Shown piece by piece: positions 60,272 to 64,000 of a stretch of DNA of 64,000 nucleotides. Under the pieces are notes generated by a model. That model worked only from the letters and a program-made list of their open reading frames with translations, was not told the origin of the DNA and made no database searches. Positions within the stretch are counted from its first letter, which is position 1; every line of letters begins with the position of its first letter. The stretch spans positions 13,669 through 77,668 of the forward strand of contig DUKS01000002.1 of NCBI GenBank assembly GCA_013329215.1, written 5' to 3'. The stretch comes from Nanobdellota archaeon (lineage in GTDB: Archaea; Nanobdellota; Nanobdellia; SCGC-AAA011-G17; GW2011-AR17). Position numbers and translations under genes: made by a program.

Positions 60272-61192
60272 ATGGTATGCAAAAAATGCAAGCAGGAGCC
60301 TGTATTTGCCCTGGCATCAGGGGAAAAGCTGTGCAAAAAGTGCTTTAACAGTTATATTGAAAAGAAATTCAGGAAAACAATAAGGAAGTGTGAATTAATA
60401 GAAAAAGGCGACAGGATAGCTGTTGCATTGTCAGGCGGAAAAGACTCTTCTGTGCTGCTGAAGCTGATGCATTCCATCTGGGCCCAGAGAAAGGATTTCC
60501 AGCTGTTTGCAATACTGATTGACGAGGGCATAAGCGGTTACAGGCCACTGACTACAAAGTTTGCGCAGAACTTATGCAAAAAACTTGGCATAAAACTTTA
60601 CGTTTATTCATTCAAAAAAGAGTTAGGCTATACTCTTGACCAGATGGTCCGGGAGCTGAAGAAAGGCCCGTGCACAATCTGCGGCACTTTCAGGCGATAC
60701 CTGCTGAACAAGAAAGCAAGGGAACTGAAAGCAAACAAAATAGCGTTTGGCCATAATGCAGATGACGAAGCGCAGAGCATTGTAATGAACCTGTTCAGGA
60801 GCAATAACGATGCAGCGGCAAGGCTTGGCGTAATCAACGGCATAAAAAGGGACCCGCGCTTCATACCAAGGATAAAGCCGCTGTACTTCCTGCTTGAAAA
60901 AGAGATTACTGCTTATGCATACCTCAACAATTTGCTTGGGGTGTTTAAGGAATGCCCTTACACTGCCTTGGCATACAGGGGGCAGGTGAGGGACATGCTG
61001 AATGATTTTGAATCAAGGCACCCGGGAACAAAAACAGGCGTGCTGTCTGCTTTTCTTGAACTGCTTCCCCTGCTGAAAGACAAGTTCAGGACAGAGGGGG
61101 AAATCGCATACTGCAAATACTGCAAAGAACCTACAACAACAGACGAGTGCATGGCATGCAAGCTGCTGGCAGAGCTGAAAAGGAAGAAATAG
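60272..61192 (+). CDS. ttuA: TtuA/Ncs6-family tRNA 2-thiolation PP-loop ATPase
   Basis: SGGKDS; N- and C-terminal CxxC zinc fingers. Confidence 0.8.
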   Translation: MVCKKCKQEPVFALASGEKLCKKCFNSYIEKKFRKTIRKCELIEKGDRIAVALSGGKDSSVLLKLMHSIWAQRKDFQLFAILIDEGISGYRPLTTKFAQNLCKKLGIKLYVYSFKKELGYTLDQMVRELKKGPCTICGTFRRYLLNKKARELKANKIAFGHNADDEAQSIVMNLFRSNNDAAARLGVINGIKRDPRFIPRIKPLYFLLEKEITAYAYLNNLLGVFKECPYTALAYRGQVRDMLNDFESRHPGTKTGVLSAFLELLPLLKDKFRTEGEIAYCKYCKEPTTTDECMACKLLAELKRKK

Positions 61193-61255
61193 TATCCATT
61201 CCAGAATTAAGACTAATCTATTTAAACTCCCCAAATATTGCCTTTCTGAGAAAAA

Positions 61256-61924
61256 ATGGGGCTAATAGGCAATACACTGTTCTTTCCGGGGTGCCTTCTC
61301 AGGCAGAAGCTTCCGGAGCTTGAAAAGAAATATGAAAACGTGCTAAAGCAGCTTGGAATCAGCTATGTGAAGCTTAATGATTTCTCGTGCTGCGGCGCGC
61401 CAATGCTTTACGCCGGATATAAGCAGGACTTTGACGAATGGCAGGAAAAGATGACAATCCTGCTGAGGCAGTACAACATAAAACACATAATCACTGCATG
61501 CCCTGCATGCGCAAGGATTCTTGCGCAGGAATACAGGATAAAGGCAGAGCATATAACGCAGTCAATAGCTGACAATCTAAGGAAGCTGCCAAAGAGATAT
61601 GGCGGTGAAACAATCTGCTATCATGACCCTTGCGAACTTGGAAGGAAATCAGGCGTTTATGATGAGCCGAGGCAGATACTGAAAAAACTCGGGTTCAATG
61701 TTGTCGAGTTTGAAACAAACAGGGAAAATGCATTGTGCTGCGGCGCAGGCGGGCTGTTAAAGGCAAACTCGCCAAGGGCGGCTGACAGGATTGCCATGCT
61801 GAGGCTGAAGCAGGTAAAAGCAAAGAAAATAATCACAACATGCCCGCTATGCTATATTCACTTAAAGAAAAACGCGAAAGACTCGGGCATAGAAGTGCTT
61901 GAGCTATCAGAGGTGCTGCAATGA
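61256..61924 (+). CDS. CCG-domain (HdrB/GlcF-C/LutA-like) Fe-S oxidoreductase subunit
   Basis: Two CCG motifs, FSCCGAPM and ALCCGAGG. Confidence 0.7.
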   Translation: MGLIGNTLFFPGCLLRQKLPELEKKYENVLKQLGISYVKLNDFSCCGAPMLYAGYKQDFDEWQEKMTILLRQYNIKHIITACPACARILAQEYRIKAEHITQSIADNLRKLPKRYGGETICYHDPCELGRKSGVYDEPRQILKKLGFNVVEFETNRENALCCGAGGLLKANSPRAADRIAMLRLKQVKAKKIITTCPLCYIHLKKNAKDSGIEVLELSEVLQ

Positions 61925-63072
61925 GCATGGCGGAATCGCTGAAAACAATTGTGGGAGAAGTAAATGCGTCTGACTCGGAACTTGACAGGAATGTTTACTC
62001 TACAGATGCTTCAAGAAAAAAAGGCAGGTGCGAGGCGGTTGCATGGCCCTCTGACCTGGAGCAGGTGCATAAGCTGGTAATGCTTGCAAGAAGATCTAAT
62101 ACGCCTCTTATGCCAAGGGGTGCGGGGACAGGCAACGGCAACTCCATACCTGAAGGGGACATTGCTGTTGATGTTTCAAAGCTTAACAAGATATTTTCAG
62201 TCAGCGGCAGCATTGCGGATGTTGAGGCGGGCGTTGTGCTTGACAATCTTAACAAAGCAGTTTTTCCAATGGCATTCCCTGTTCAGGTTGAGGCAAAGAA
62301 GGCAGCCACAATCGGAGGCATGATTGCTGCTAATGTGCTGGGAATAAAGGCAATGCAATACGGAAGGATGGCTGACTGGCTTGAGGAAGTGACAATAATA
62401 GACGGAAACGGAATGTGCCTGAACCTGAAAGGTGATGCTCTAAGGCATGTTGCAGGCCTGGAAGGCGCAACAGGAATTATTGTAAGGGCAAAGCTGAAGC
62501 TGGCAAAGCGTGAAGACCAAATAAGCACCACGCTGATGAAGTTTAATACATTTACAGCGCTGCAGGAAAAGCTTGACGAGCTTAAGGCAGATGCAGATGT
62601 AATAAATATTGAATTCCTGGATGAAGTGTCATCATCCTTAATCGGTTTTGGCGAAAAGAACCACCTGATTGTTGATTATGCAGGGGGAAAGGGCGCACTG
62701 AGGGGGGGGGAGGCAATGGATGTATGGCAGGCAAGGGAACAGCTGCCTTTCACGCTTGGCCAGAGAAGGTATATTGCAACAGACGACCTGTTTGTTCCTG
62801 CCGGGCAGATGCCGAAGTTCCTTTACCTTTTGAGAAAAGAGAACATACCATGCTACGGCCCGATTGGAATGGGGATTGTTTATCCTGTTTTTAAGGAGGA
62901 TTATAATCCGGAAAAGCTCCGCTCTTCTTATTCACAGTTTGGGATTAAGTTAGGCGCAAGGTTCGGGTATGGAAAGAGAAAAATACTTGATGAAGAAACA
63001 GCAAAGCGGGTTTTGCAGCTGAAAGCGCATTACGACCCGAAGAACGTATTGTCAAGGGGGAAGCTGATATGA
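61921..63072 (+). CDS. FAD-linked oxidase (GlcD/D-lactate dehydrogenase-like)
   Basis: PCMH FAD-binding region LMPRGAGTGNGN; ATGA overlap with the upstream gene. Confidence 0.75.
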   Translation: MSMAESLKTIVGEVNASDSELDRNVYSTDASRKKGRCEAVAWPSDLEQVHKLVMLARRSNTPLMPRGAGTGNGNSIPEGDIAVDVSKLNKIFSVSGSIADVEAGVVLDNLNKAVFPMAFPVQVEAKKAATIGGMIAANVLGIKAMQYGRMADWLEEVTIIDGNGMCLNLKGDALRHVAGLEGATGIIVRAKLKLAKREDQISTTLMKFNTFTALQEKLDELKADADVINIEFLDEVSSSLIGFGEKNHLIVDYAGGKGALRGGEAMDVWQAREQLPFTLGQRRYIATDDLFVPAGQMPKFLYLLRKENIPCYGPIGMGIVYPVFKEDYNPEKLRSSYSQFGIKLGARFGYGKRKILDEETAKRVLQLKAHYDPKNVLSRGKLI

Positions 63073-63371
63073 CAAGGTGCGTTGAATGCGGATTGTGCAG
63101 GAACCAGTGCCCTGTATACCTTGCGGTGATGAAAGAAACAGCTTCGCCAAGGGCAAAGGGCATGCTTCTGAACCAGGGCAAAGAGGACAAAATATTTTAT
63201 TTCTGCACATTGTGCGGCGCGCATGAGCTGAGCTGCCCTTACAAGGCTGATTTGCAGATTCTCAAAGCCAGGGAAAAGCTAGTGAAAAGCGGCGTTGTAT
63301 TGTCAAGGGCAAAGCAGATGGTGAATAACATTAAGAATCACGGGCACCCTTTTCGAGCCGCGGGTGAATAA
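63069..63371 (+). CDS. 2x[4Fe-4S] ferredoxin-domain protein (GlcF N-terminal-like)
   Basis: CVECGLCRNQCP and CTLCGAHELSCP. Confidence 0.7.
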   Translation: MTRCVECGLCRNQCPVYLAVMKETASPRAKGMLLNQGKEDKIFYFCTLCGAHELSCPYKADLQILKAREKLVKSGVVLSRAKQMVNNIKNHGHPFRAAGE

Positions 63372-63423
63372 AAGTCTGTCCCGCAGTGACAATACTTTTG
63401 AAGCGGAAGAAAAACAAGCCTGA

Positions 63424-64000
63424 TTACTGCGGATTAACAACAACTTTTATGCTTTTGTTTACCAGTTTTATGAACTCGTTCACATCCGCCTTAATGTGTT
63501 CTGTGGTATTGTAATGCATTGGTATCACAACATCGGGCTTTATTGCGTTTGCGGCTTTTGCAGCCTCTTCTGCATCCATCGTGAATGTGCCTCCTATAGG
63601 CAGCATTACAATATCAGCTTTTATTGTTTTCATCTCATCTGTGAAGTCAGTGTCACCGGCATGGTATACCCTTTTGCCGCCCATCTCAATAATATACCCA
63701 TATCCCTCGCCCTTTGCGTGGTATGGAATCTTGCCCATCCTAAACTTGTTAATATTGTATGCAGGCACTGCTGTTATTTTAATGCCTTCAATGTCTATTG
63801 TTTCATTTTCCCTTATGACCCTGAACTTTCCGTCAAGCCCGGATGCGCACGCCGGCGGTATGACAATATCTGTTTTTGCAGCCCTTACCTCTGCAATCCT
63901 GGCCCTGTCAAAATGGTCAAAATGCTCATGTGTGACAAGTATTATGTCCGCTTTTTTTGGTTCTGCAGGAAGGACGTAAGGGTCTATGTAAACCCTTTTG
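63424..64000 (-). CDS. MBL-fold metal-dependent hydrolase; gene start lies beyond the window edge (gene is N-terminally truncated)
   Basis: VTHEHFDH motif near 63930; frame open upstream of the track's GTG start (ITAVPAYN continuous). Confidence 0.6.
   Translation of the reverse strand, partial: KRVYIDPYVLPAEPKKADIILVTHEHFDHFDRARIAEVRAAKTDIVIPPACASGLDGKFRVIRENETIDIEGIKITAVPAYNINKFRMGKIPYHAKGEGYGYIIEMGGKRVYHAGDTDFTDEMKTIKADIVMLPIGGTFTMDAEEAAKAANAIKPDVVIPMHYNTTEHIKADVNEFIKLVNKSIKVVVNPQ

Overview
This window looks like an archaeal chromosome segment of roughly 45% GC, plausibly from a small-genome or DPANN-like lineage. The archaeal assignment rests on MCM, aIF2beta, aIF1A, Taw1, PolB, FEN1, CDC48, a proteasome beta subunit, aCPSF1, TrmB regulators, a porGDAB operon and an archaeal-type LeuRS. 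Many genes have a TATA box 23-27 nt upstream of the ATG, i.e. leaderless promoters. The core content covers replication (MCM, RPA32-like, PolB, FEN1, a small ligase, Lhr), translation and tRNA modification (aIF2b, aIF1A, Taw1, Trm5/Taw2, RlmE, LeuRS, ThiI-TtuB-TtuA), anaerobic ribonucleotide reduction (nrdR-nrdD-nrdG), pyruvate:ferredoxin oxidoreductase with a ferredoxin, and proteolysis (CDC48, proteasome beta). The most unusual loci are: (1) a tandem pair of divergent ClpX-family unfoldases that keep the GYVG pore loop and IGF/LGF docking loop but carry a shared ~330-aa helical N-domain in place of the zinc finger; (2) an AT-rich ~3.4 kb cassette between PolB and FEN1, bounded by 30-bp inverted repeats, carrying a ClpP-fold SDH-family serine protease, an IS6 transposase, a RelE-like toxin-antitoxin pair and an AbrB-like gene; (3) next to it, two tandem paralogous Cys/His-rich proteins of unknown family plus a PD-(D/E)xK nuclease; (4) a HerA/DUF87-type ATPase with a LAGLIDADG intein in its P-loop; (5) a minimal ATP-dependent ligase translationally coupled to an HD phosphohydrolase; (6) a bacterial-type NrdR with a candidate NrdR box. 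No CRISPR array, rRNA or confident tRNA was found. Two structured GC-rich intergenic regions are candidate ncRNAs. Coordinates may be off by a base in places, because hand-checking one intein junction gave a frame inconsistent with the ORF track by one base.
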